64,000 bases of DNA from Candidatus Sulfotelmatobacter sp. (GTDB taxonomy: Bacteria; Acidobacteriota; Terriglobia; Terriglobales; Acidobacteriaceae), in NCBI GenBank assembly GCA_049512655.1, contig JBEKWW010000030.1, positions 12,731 through 76,730 of the forward strand, written 5' to 3'. A program made the position numbers and the translations under genes. Positions 16,678-24,475 of the stretch are shown piece by piece (the first letter of the stretch is position 1; each line of letters begins with the position of its first letter). The notes below the pieces were generated by a model. That model was not told where the DNA came from, did no database searches, and worked only from the letters and a program-made list of their open reading frames with translations.

Positions 16678-17912
16678 CCCTGCTCGGCTGATTGGGAATG
16701 TGCCGCTTTGGCCTGAATGGGTGCGAACTTCATCCCATAAAACAGTATGGCTGCCGAGGCGATCATCGCAATGACCGGCAGGACGAAAGCTGCTTGCAAC
16801 GTGCGCTTGTCGGCGACATAGCCCATCAAAGTTGGCGAGGGAACGTCGCCTAGTAAATGAAAAACGAAAATGCTGATGGCAATCGCGGTGGCTCGGATAC
16901 CTGCGCTCACCGAATTCATGACTGCCGCGTTCAAAGGCGAAGTGTTGAGCAACAGAAAAAATGCCGCCAGCGCGATGGCCGGCACCATCACCGGACCACT
17001 TGTAAACAGAGCGACAATCATGAACGGTACACCGAGGGCCATGCTCGCCGCAGAGACAAAGTAGTACGCGCCCTTCATGCGCGGCAGCAGGTAATCTCCC
17101 AGCCAGCCGCCAGCGAGGGAGGCCAGAATTCCGTCCACGACAATGATGATGCCGAACATAAAGTTGGCGGATTCGAGCGAGTAGCCGCGGGCGCGCGACA
17201 GGAAAGTCGGCATCCAGACTTGGATTCCACCCAGGGCAAAGGTCATCATCGCCATGCCGAGCGTGGAGGTCCAAAATGCTGGATTATGCGCCAGGCCAAT
17301 CAACGTGGCCCGCTCCGGAGTTTCCTGTTCGAGATCGAACTGTCCGCGCTTGGGTTCGCGCAGGAAAAGTACGGCCAGCGCGAGCAGAAACCCCGGCACC
17401 GCCGCCACGTAGAAAGGAAATCGCCAGCCGTAGTGCGGGCTGAGATGGCCGCCAAGCAAATATCCTGCCGCAGTTCCAACAGGAATCGCCAGGTAGAAGA
17501 CTCCCAGAATGCGGCCACGCTTTTCTTCCGGAAACAGATCGGCAACGAACGTTGGAGCAATCGTTACGAATGTTGCTTCGCCAATTCCCACCAGCGTGTG
17601 GCGAATCAATAACTCGGTGTAAGTATGCGTGACCGCGGTGAGCAGGGTCAGGCCGCTCCAAAAGATGGCGCCTCCGACGATGATTTTCTTGCGCGAATAA
17701 CGATCGGCTAGAGGCCCCACAAAGGGTGCGGCCACCATATAAAACAGAAGGAACGCGCTGGTAAGATAACCGACCTGCGTATTGCTCAGCTGGAACTCGC
17801 TCTGCACCAGCGGTTGCACCGCAAACAGCACGGAGCGGTCGACATAATTCAACAGATTCAGCGAGGTTAGAAGAACCAGCGCGGTGCGCGGATAGAGTTT
17901 CGCGGAGTCCAC
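16674..17912 (-). CDS. MFS transporter, Spinster-like (Spns) subfamily
   Basis: 12-TM profile. The N-terminal motif LLNYVDRSVLFAV resembles the LNYMDRFTVAGV signature remembered from Spinster proteins. Also PLADRYSRKK in loop 2-3. Confidence 0.85.
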   Translation of the reverse strand: MDSAKLYPRTALVLLTSLNLLNYVDRSVLFAVQPLVQSEFQLSNTQVGYLTSAFLLFYMVAAPFVGPLADRYSRKKIIVGGAIFWSGLTLLTAVTHTYTELLIRHTLVGIGEATFVTIAPTFVADLFPEEKRGRILGVFYLAIPVGTAAGYLLGGHLSPHYGWRFPFYVAAVPGFLLALAVLFLREPKRGQFDLEQETPERATLIGLAHNPAFWTSTLGMAMMTFALGGIQVWMPTFLSRARGYSLESANFMFGIIIVVDGILASLAGGWLGDYLLPRMKGAYYFVSAASMALGVPFMIVALFTSGPVMVPAIALAAFFLLLNTSPLNAAVMNSVSAGIRATAIAISIFVFHLLGDVPSPTLMGYVADKRTLQAAFVLPVIAMIASAAILFYGMKFAPIQAKAAHSQSAEQG

Positions 17913-18007
17913 AAGTCTTGCGAATATAGCATGGCGGCTAGCTGAAAAAAGTTGCTGGTGCGGCTATGATAAACAGCTCAAGCTAGTTCAATGCCGGCGC
18001 GCCAACC

Positions 18008-18190
18008 ATGAAAATTACCGCCCAAGGCTCTTATCTTTATATCTTTGTGTTGGTGTTGCTGTTGTCCGCCTGCCATGCGATCGCGGAAGAACGAGATTGC
18101 AAGCAGAACCGCGTGGATGGCACCACACCGGCGCCAACCACTTCGTTCCACTTCAGCATTGACGCCTCGCGACAAATGTCGCTACAATAA
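18008..18190 (+). CDS. Possible small lipoprotein (60 aa, uncertain)
   Basis: MKITAQGSYLYIFVLVLLLSAC has an h-region plus lipobox L-S-A-C. Third positions are G/C-biased. No obvious RBS. It ends 7 nt before the antitoxin ATG. Confidence 0.3.
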   Translation: MKITAQGSYLYIFVLVLLLSACHAIAEERDCKQNRVDGTTPAPTTSFHFSIDASRQMSLQ

Positions 18191-18197
18191 GCGACAA

Positions 18198-18635
18198 ATG
18201 GTAAACGAACTGCGAGCGGTGGTGAAGGAGTTGGGGGGGCGAACTATTCTTGGACGAAATCTCGCCAGCCAGCGAGATCTCTGCAAGGCAATCCGGGAAG
18301 GCTTTCCCCACGCGGTGGTGGAAGAGGTGATGAAATCTTCCGGCCTTACCCTTAAAGAATTAGCGGAGTCTCTCGATCTTTCGCCGCGCAGCTTGCAGCG
18401 CAGGCGCCGTAGCGGCCGCCTGGCGCGCTTTGAATCGGATCGCCTCTACCGCCTCGCCAGGATCGTAGCTCTGGCGCAACAAAGTCTGGGAGACCGTGAC
18501 AATGCGGTCCGTTGGCTCAAGCGCTCCAATCGCGCGCTGGGTGGGATCGCCCCGGTTAGCGCCATGGATACGGAGCTCGGGGCGCGGCAAGTGGAAGATG
18601 TACTGGGACGAATCGCCTTTGGCGGAATCAGTTAG
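18198..18635 (+). CDS. Type II antitoxin, Xre/MbcA/ParS family (DUF2384)
   Basis: Start taken at ATG 18198. The C-terminal RWLKRSNRALGGIAPVSAMDTELGARQVEDVLGRIAFG is the typical DUF2384 signature. It lies immediately upstream of a RES toxin. Confidence 0.85.
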   Translation: MVNELRAVVKELGGRTILGRNLASQRDLCKAIREGFPHAVVEEVMKSSGLTLKELAESLDLSPRSLQRRRRSGRLARFESDRLYRLARIVALAQQSLGDRDNAVRWLKRSNRALGGIAPVSAMDTELGARQVEDVLGRIAFGGIS

Positions 18636-18658
18636 CCGGCGTGCAGTCAAAGTAGATC

Positions 18659-19210
18659 ATGCAGAAGATTCACCAGCCTCTTTTTACCAAGCTCCCTTTA
18701 AATAGGGTTTACCGGGTTCTGCGCAAGGCCTACGCGGCTTCTCCGCTCGATGGGGAGGGTGCGTTTCTGTACGGTGGCCGATGGTCGAGTCCAGGAATTC
18801 GCTTGGCGTACACCTCCGAACATCAGTCGCTGGCAATGCTCGAATATTTTGTGCACCTTGATGCTGAGGCTGCACCTGCAGACCTGGTCCTGGTCACGGC
18901 TGAAATCCCCAATGACGTTTCGAAGCTGCAACTCTCACTCGACCAACTTCCGTCACGTTGGCGGATGTTCCCCGCGCCCGCTGAGCTCGCAACATTCGGA
19001 GACGAATTTGCGCGCAAGAACGAGCGCTGCATATTGATTGTTCCGTCAGCCCAGGCGCCCGGTGAGAACAACTGGCTGCTGAATCCGCAGCACTCCGAGT
19101 TTCGCAAAGTGGTTGTGTCAGGCGTTCAACCACTCAGATACGATTCAAGGATGTTCGAATCGAAGTCCAAGATGTTCAAGGCGCACCGAAGAACTCGCCC
19201 TCGGACGTAA
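18659..19210 (+). CDS. RES-domain toxin (MbcT/ParT/Res NAD+-targeting family)
   Basis: GGRWSSPGIRLAYTSEHQSLAMLEYFVH and IVPSAQAPGENNWLLNP carry the conserved Arg, Glu and Ser. Confidence 0.9.
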   Translation: MQKIHQPLFTKLPLNRVYRVLRKAYAASPLDGEGAFLYGGRWSSPGIRLAYTSEHQSLAMLEYFVHLDAEAAPADLVLVTAEIPNDVSKLQLSLDQLPSRWRMFPAPAELATFGDEFARKNERCILIVPSAQAPGENNWLLNPQHSEFRKVVVSGVQPLRYDSRMFESKSKMFKAHRRTRPRT

Positions 19211-19221
19211 GCCAGTCGCGT

Positions 19222-19629
19222 CTACTTACTACGACGATTGGCGCGCGGCCATCGAGCCACCACGGTGGTCGAAATCCCCCCTCGCGGACGGAAGTCGCCC
19301 TTCACTTCAGCCCACACCGGCTTGGCCCAACGCACCACATCCTCCAGTACGCGGTTGACGACATTCTCCTGGAAGATTCCGAGATTGCGATAGGTGTGCA
19401 GATATTCTTTGTAGGATTTCAATTCCAGGCAAACTTTATTTGGTTGATAACGCAGGGTAATTACTCCGAAATCCGGCAGCCCGGTCTTCGGGCAGACAGA
19501 CGTGAACTCAGGATCATCGATGATAATTTCGTAGCCCGGAAACTGGTTTGGCCAGGTCTCAATCTCCGGAAACTCGGCGTCCAGTCCAGCGGCGGCGTGC
19601 TCGGAGGTGTATCTTGGTGGCTTTGACAT
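19222..19629 (-). CDS. queF: NADPH-dependent 7-cyano-7-deazaguanine reductase (type I QueF)
   Basis: 135 aa from ATG 19629. Contains EFTSVCPKTGLPDFG (catalytic Cys) and the QueF motif E(L/S)KSYKEYL. Confidence 0.9.
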   Translation of the reverse strand: MSKPPRYTSEHAAAGLDAEFPEIETWPNQFPGYEIIIDDPEFTSVCPKTGLPDFGVITLRYQPNKVCLELKSYKEYLHTYRNLGIFQENVVNRVLEDVVRWAKPVWAEVKGDFRPRGGISTTVVARWPRANRRSK

Positions 19630-19826
19630 ACTGTATTGTAACGGCTCTTTAAGCTGGCGGCGGGAGGTCGCCGCAGGCACTCGACGAGTATACAAACTCG
19701 CATCCACGGTTGTGGCCGCGCATCTAAGGAAGCAACGGCTTGGGAGGTCGCGATGTGGCTTGCAATCTCCGCAGTGATAAATTAATCCTTGCAGTTGTCT
19801 CTGCCGCATCTTGAAAAGAAAAGCGC

Positions 19827-21077
19827 TTGCCTTCTAATAACAATTCGAACGGTCATCCGCCCAAGGGCAAACGCCGCACCTGGATTGCGGTAGGAGTGCT
19901 CGCCTGCTTGGTACTTATTCCGGTATTCAGTCGTCAGGCGCCGCTTAAAGTCCGCACCACTACAGTCGAGCGCGGCCCGATTCGCAGCCTGATCTCTACC
20001 AACGGAAAGATCGAGCCCATTCAAAACTTCGAGGCTCACGCACCCATCCCTACTACGGTCAAGCGTTTGCTGGTGAAGGAAGGCGATCACGTTCATAAGG
20101 GGCAACTTTTGTTGCAGCTCGACGATTCCGATCTTCGCAGCCAGGCTTCACGCGCGCGCGCTCAAATTAGCGCCGCGCAGGCTGATCAAGCGGACTTAAG
20201 TACGGGAGGCACTCGGGAAGAAGTTCTCACGCTGGATTCCGATCTAATCAAGGCACGCGCCACGCGCGACAATGCCCAGCGCAATCTCGACTCCATGCAG
20301 CGGCTTCAGAAGCAGGGCGCAGCCTCCCCCGGTGAAGTACAGCAAGCTGAACAGGCGTTGCAGCGTGCGCAAACCGATCTCACTCTGCTCCAGCAAAAAC
20401 AAAAAGATCGCTACTCCCAGCCCGAAGCGGCAAAAGTAAAGGCCCTAGGCGCCGAGGCGCAAGCCGCCTACGATGCGGCCGAAGATGAACTCGATAAATC
20501 CACCGTGCGGGCACCGTTTGATGGCATCGTCTATGCCGTTCCAGTCAAGCAAGGCGCTTATGTGCAGACCGGAGATCTTCTCTTGCAGGAAGGCGATCTC
20601 TCGAGGATGATCGTACGCAGCTTTGTGGACGAGCCCGATATTGGCCGCCTCGCTGACGGTCAAAAAATAGAGGTAACGTGGGACGCCATGCCCGGACGCA
20701 TATGGGATGGCACGGTTAGTTCTGTTCCTGCGACCGTGAAGCTGCACGGCTCGCGCAATGTTGGCGAGGTTACTTGTTCGGTGGATAACCAGGATCTTCG
20801 CCTTTTACCGAACGTGAACGTGGGCGTCACCATCATCACCGCCGAAAAAAGCGACGTTCTTACGCTTTCACGCGAAGCCGTCCGCAACGACGATTCTCAA
20901 CCTTATGTATACCAAGTGCTGGATGGCAGACTCCAGCGCCGAGATGTGCAAGTTGCATTGCAAAATCTGACCCGTGTCGAAATCACCGGCGGGATCCCCG
21001 ATCATGCCCAGGTCGCTCTTTCGACAATCGACTTGAAACCTCTCACCGACGGGGCCCGCGTTAAGGTGGTTCAGTAG
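19827..21077 (+). CDS. Efflux transporter periplasmic adaptor subunit (HlyD/MacA-like membrane fusion protein)
   Basis: N-terminal TM anchor, lipoyl-like halves (VKEGDHVHKGQLLLQLDD ... VYAVPVKQGAYVQTGDLLL) separated by a long coiled-coil hairpin, and a C-terminal beta-barrel. Confidence 0.85.
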   Translation: MPSNNNSNGHPPKGKRRTWIAVGVLACLVLIPVFSRQAPLKVRTTTVERGPIRSLISTNGKIEPIQNFEAHAPIPTTVKRLLVKEGDHVHKGQLLLQLDDSDLRSQASRARAQISAAQADQADLSTGGTREEVLTLDSDLIKARATRDNAQRNLDSMQRLQKQGAASPGEVQQAEQALQRAQTDLTLLQQKQKDRYSQPEAAKVKALGAEAQAAYDAAEDELDKSTVRAPFDGIVYAVPVKQGAYVQTGDLLLQEGDLSRMIVRSFVDEPDIGRLADGQKIEVTWDAMPGRIWDGTVSSVPATVKLHGSRNVGEVTCSVDNQDLRLLPNVNVGVTIITAEKSDVLTLSREAVRNDDSQPYVYQVLDGRLQRRDVQVALQNLTRVEITGGIPDHAQVALSTIDLKPLTDGARVKVVQ

Positions 21078-21080
21078 CTC

Positions 21081-22145
21081 ATGCCGCAGCGTAATCCTTA
21101 TGCAGTCTTTGAATGCGACGGTTCTCGCCGTCCGGAGAATGCCCAGGGCAGAGCCGCAAGATCTAGCTTTGCTCGGAGAGATATTTGGCGAGGCCTTCCG
21201 GCGCTGGCTTTGATCTTCTTGACATTTTCTTTTGAAGCGTTCGCCGTCGCTTCCGATTCGCCCCAGACGCTCCTCGCCGCCGGGCAAGTGGATCATGCGA
21301 TGCAAACTCTCGACCGCCAAATTCAAACTCAACCGACGGCCGAAGCCTACAACCTACTGTGCCGCGCTCACTTCGATCTGGAGGAGTGGGACGCCGGAAT
21401 ACCGGACTGCGAAAAAGCGGTCAAGCTCGCTCCTACGAATGGCCTCTACCATCTTTGGCTGGGCCGCATCTACGGCGAGAAGGCGGATCACACCAGCTTT
21501 CTGAAGGCCGCCGGCCTCGCCAAGAAAGTCCGAGTTCAATTTGAAATGGCGGTCGAGTTCGCCCCAGATAACTGGGAGGCGCACACCGATCTCGCCGAAT
21601 TTTATTTGGAGGCTCCTGGCTTTGTTGGCGGCGGCGAAGACAAGGCGCTGGCTCAGGCCGCTATTCTGCAAACGCTCAATCCCCCTATGGCCGATTGGGT
21701 AAGAGCACGCATCGCGCAAAAGAAAAAAGACAACAGTGTTGCCGAGCAGAACTACCAAGCCGCCATACAGTCCAGCCATGGAGGCGCGCGCGCCTGGGTG
21801 AATCTCGCGGGATTCTACCGGCGCACTGGACGCCGCGACGACATGGAGCAAGCCCTCCGTACCATGGAATCCCGTCCAGTCGACCGTCCGGCCGCATCCA
21901 TGGACGCCGCGGATATGTTGTTCACCACCGGCCGCGATATTCCTTTGGCAATCCGCCTTGTACGGCGCTATCTCGCCTCGGGCACCGTCGAAGAATGGCC
22001 GGCGTTTAAAGCGCACTACCTCCTCGGTGAGCTCCTGCAAAGAGAAGGCGACCTGCAAGGAGCGATGGAGCAATATCATGCCGCTCTTTCCATGGCGCAG
22101 AATTTTCGCCCCGCGCAGGAAGCATTAGATCGCGCTTCGCGGTAA
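21081..22145 (+). CDS. Tetratricopeptide-repeat protein
   Basis: Starts 4 nt after the adaptor stop. Signal/anchor LPALALIFLTFSFEAFAVA, then several TPR-like helical pairs. Confidence 0.7.
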   Translation: MPQRNPYAVFECDGSRRPENAQGRAARSSFARRDIWRGLPALALIFLTFSFEAFAVASDSPQTLLAAGQVDHAMQTLDRQIQTQPTAEAYNLLCRAHFDLEEWDAGIPDCEKAVKLAPTNGLYHLWLGRIYGEKADHTSFLKAAGLAKKVRVQFEMAVEFAPDNWEAHTDLAEFYLEAPGFVGGGEDKALAQAAILQTLNPPMADWVRARIAQKKKDNSVAEQNYQAAIQSSHGGARAWVNLAGFYRRTGRRDDMEQALRTMESRPVDRPAASMDAADMLFTTGRDIPLAIRLVRRYLASGTVEEWPAFKAHYLLGELLQREGDLQGAMEQYHAALSMAQNFRPAQEALDRASR

Positions 22146-22292
22146 CCATGTAGGCACAGCCGTCCGGCTGTCCAGTTCGATCTATTTGCCAGCGCCACCA
22201 ACAATCCTAGTGTCGCTCCCACTCAATCACTCGTTCCTTTGTTACATTAGTAGGTTCTTAACTTAGGGCCAAGACGCCTTATCGGAGCCTTC

Positions 22293-24389
22293 ATGAAACT
22301 TTCTTCTCGACTTGCCATATTCAATTGCTGTGCTGGAATTTTTCTTCTTACGTTCGGCTTGGTTGCACCAGCACAAGACATGAGCAAGACTGGAGATAGT
22401 AAAGCTAATCCCGAAGACACTCACGGCATTTCCATCGCCAACATGGATCCTTCGGTCAAGCCGGGCGACGACTTCTACGGATACGCCAATGGCGGCTGGA
22501 TCAAGCGTACTGAAATTCCTCCTGATCGCTCCCGGATCGGCGTCTTCAGCAAGCTTGCCGACCTGAGCAACAAACGCACCGCCGTACTGATCGAAGAGAT
22601 TGCTAAATCGAACGCACCTGCTAGATCTTCCGACCGCAAAGTGGCCGACCTCTACAACTCTTACATGAATGAGGCAGCTATCGAATCCGCAGCCCTGGCC
22701 CCGATTCGCCCGCACCTGGACGCCATCGCGGCAATTCATGACGCCCATGAGCTGGCCCGAGCCCTCGGCGGGACTCTTCGCGCCGACGTCGACGCGCTCA
22801 ACAACACCAACTTTCACACAGTCAATCTTTTCGGCCTGTGGGTCGCTCCCGGATTTAACGATCCCGACCATTACACTGCGTATTTGCTGCAAGGTGGATT
22901 GCAGCTTCCCGATCGCGAATATTATCTGAGCGACAATGAGCACATGCGCGCTATCCGCAGCCAATATCAGGCGCATGTCTCGGCCATGTTCAAGCTTGCC
23001 GGATTTAACGATCCCGATGCGCGCGCCGCTCGTGTAGTCGAACTCGAGCACGCGATCGCGCAGACCCATCGCACTCTGGCCGACAACGAAGAGATTCACA
23101 AAGCCGATAACACCTGGTCGCAAGCTGACTTTGCCGCCAAGGCCCCAGGGTTGGATTGGGCCGAATATTTTCGCGGAGCCGGACTCGCACAGTCCAGATA
23201 CATTGTTTGGCAGCCGGAAGCCTTCACCGGTGAATCCGCATTGGTGGCATCGACCCCACTCGATTCCTGGAAGGACTGGCTGGCCTACCATTTGATTGAA
23301 AAGTATTCTTTCGTTCTGCCCAAAGCTCTGGCGGAAGAACATTTCGCCTTTTTCGGCAAAACGCTTTCCGGAGCGCAGCGAGAGCTTCCGCGCTGGCAGC
23401 GCGGGGTGATGGTGGTCGATGGCCTGCTCGGCGATGCGGTTGGCAAAGTTTTTGCCGAGCGCTATTTTTCTCCGCAAGCCAAAGCCGAAGCACAAGCCAT
23501 GGTCGCGAACATCATCGCGGTTTATCGCACGCGCATCGAGGCGCTTTCCTGGATGGCTCCGGCAACCAAGGCTGAAGCCGAGAACAAACTGGCAAAGCTT
23601 TATGTGGGAATCGGCTATCCCGAAACCTGGCACGATTATTCTTCTTACGACATCAAGCCTGGCGACATTTTCGGCGACATCTGGCGCGGCAGCCTCGCCT
23701 ATTACCACTGGCAGGCCGGGCGCCTGGGTAAAACCGTCGACCGTCACGAGTGGTCAATGACCCCGCAAACGGTGAATGCCGTGAACCTGCCGTTGCAGAA
23801 TGCGCTGAACTTCCCTGCCGCTATTTTGCAGCCGCCATTTTTCGATCCGCTGGCGCCGCCGGCAGTGAACTATGGAGCCATCGGGGCGGTCATCGGCCAC
23901 GAAATCAGCCATACCTTCGATACCGAAGGCAGCACCTTCGATGCCCAGGGACGCTTGCGCAACTGGTGGACGCCCGCCGACCTGGAGCACTTTAACGCCG
24001 CAACTGCCAAGCTCGCCGCCCAATACGACACCTATAAGCCCTTTCCAGATATCTCAGTCAATGGCAAGCAGACCCTGGCCGAGGACATCGCTGACCTCGG
24101 GGGTGTGTCTGCGGCCTACGACGGCTACCATGCCGCACTCAACGGCAAGCCCGCGCCGGTGCAGGACGGCTTTAGCGGCGATCAGCAATTCTTCATCGCC
24201 TTCGGACAGAACTGGGCGTCGAAGACTCGCGACGCCGCACTGCGCCAGCAGGTAATGACGGACCCGCATGCCCCCGCGGAATTCCGTGCTGCCACCATCC
24301 GCAACGTCGATGCGTGGTATGCAGCTTTCAACGTTCAGCCGGGCGAGAAACTTTACCTCGCTCCGCCCGAGCGGGTACGGATCTGGTAG
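22293..24389 (+). CDS. M13 family zinc metallopeptidase (PepO / endothelin-converting-enzyme-like)
   Basis: GGAG RBS and a signal peptide. Zinc motif VIGHEISHTFD, downstream ExxxD (LAEDIADLGG) and an NAYY-type motif (NAVN). Confidence 0.9.
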   Translation: MKLSSRLAIFNCCAGIFLLTFGLVAPAQDMSKTGDSKANPEDTHGISIANMDPSVKPGDDFYGYANGGWIKRTEIPPDRSRIGVFSKLADLSNKRTAVLIEEIAKSNAPARSSDRKVADLYNSYMNEAAIESAALAPIRPHLDAIAAIHDAHELARALGGTLRADVDALNNTNFHTVNLFGLWVAPGFNDPDHYTAYLLQGGLQLPDREYYLSDNEHMRAIRSQYQAHVSAMFKLAGFNDPDARAARVVELEHAIAQTHRTLADNEEIHKADNTWSQADFAAKAPGLDWAEYFRGAGLAQSRYIVWQPEAFTGESALVASTPLDSWKDWLAYHLIEKYSFVLPKALAEEHFAFFGKTLSGAQRELPRWQRGVMVVDGLLGDAVGKVFAERYFSPQAKAEAQAMVANIIAVYRTRIEALSWMAPATKAEAENKLAKLYVGIGYPETWHDYSSYDIKPGDIFGDIWRGSLAYYHWQAGRLGKTVDRHEWSMTPQTVNAVNLPLQNALNFPAAILQPPFFDPLAPPAVNYGAIGAVIGHEISHTFDTEGSTFDAQGRLRNWWTPADLEHFNAATAKLAAQYDTYKPFPDISVNGKQTLAEDIADLGGVSAAYDGYHAALNGKPAPVQDGFSGDQQFFIAFGQNWASKTRDAALRQQVMTDPHAPAEFRAATIRNVDAWYAAFNVQPGEKLYLAPPERVRIW

Positions 24390-24475
24390 AGGGAGCTGTG
24401 CACTACCCTGTTTGAAGCAGTCCACCCGCGATAATATTTCTGTTTCCAGTCTCGTTGAAATTAGGAGCCTCCAGC

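Noticed and set aside
16678-17274. 5' extension making the glycosyltransferase ORF 610 aa
   Set aside because: The extension overlaps the MFS gene out of frame and has no membrane or GT features. ATG 16677 (ATGA overlap) gives a normal N-terminal TM helix.
16857-17612. 251 aa plus-strand ORF inside the MFS gene. Similar cases are 21354-22079 and 39125-39856.
   Set aside because: These are shadow ORFs opposite well-supported genes (MFS, TPR protein, thrC). The translations are Arg-rich and unstructured.
19630-19826. Possible preQ1 riboswitch upstream of queF
   Set aside because: No short hairpin followed by an A-rich tail resembling the preQ1-I consensus, and no preQ1-II/III features, were recognisable. 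Only the GGGAGGTCGC repeats were noted (reported separately).
22156-22171. Hairpin ACAGCC-gtcc-GGCTGT after the TPR gene as a terminator or second REP family
   Set aside because: It has only a 6 bp stem, no U-run and no second copy in the window.
22263-23747. 494 aa ORF on the minus strand
   Set aside because: It is entirely antisense to the M13 peptidase gene, which has clear HExxH motifs. The translation is Arg/Gly/Val-rich with no motifs. Long antisense ORFs are expected in GC-rich coding DNA.
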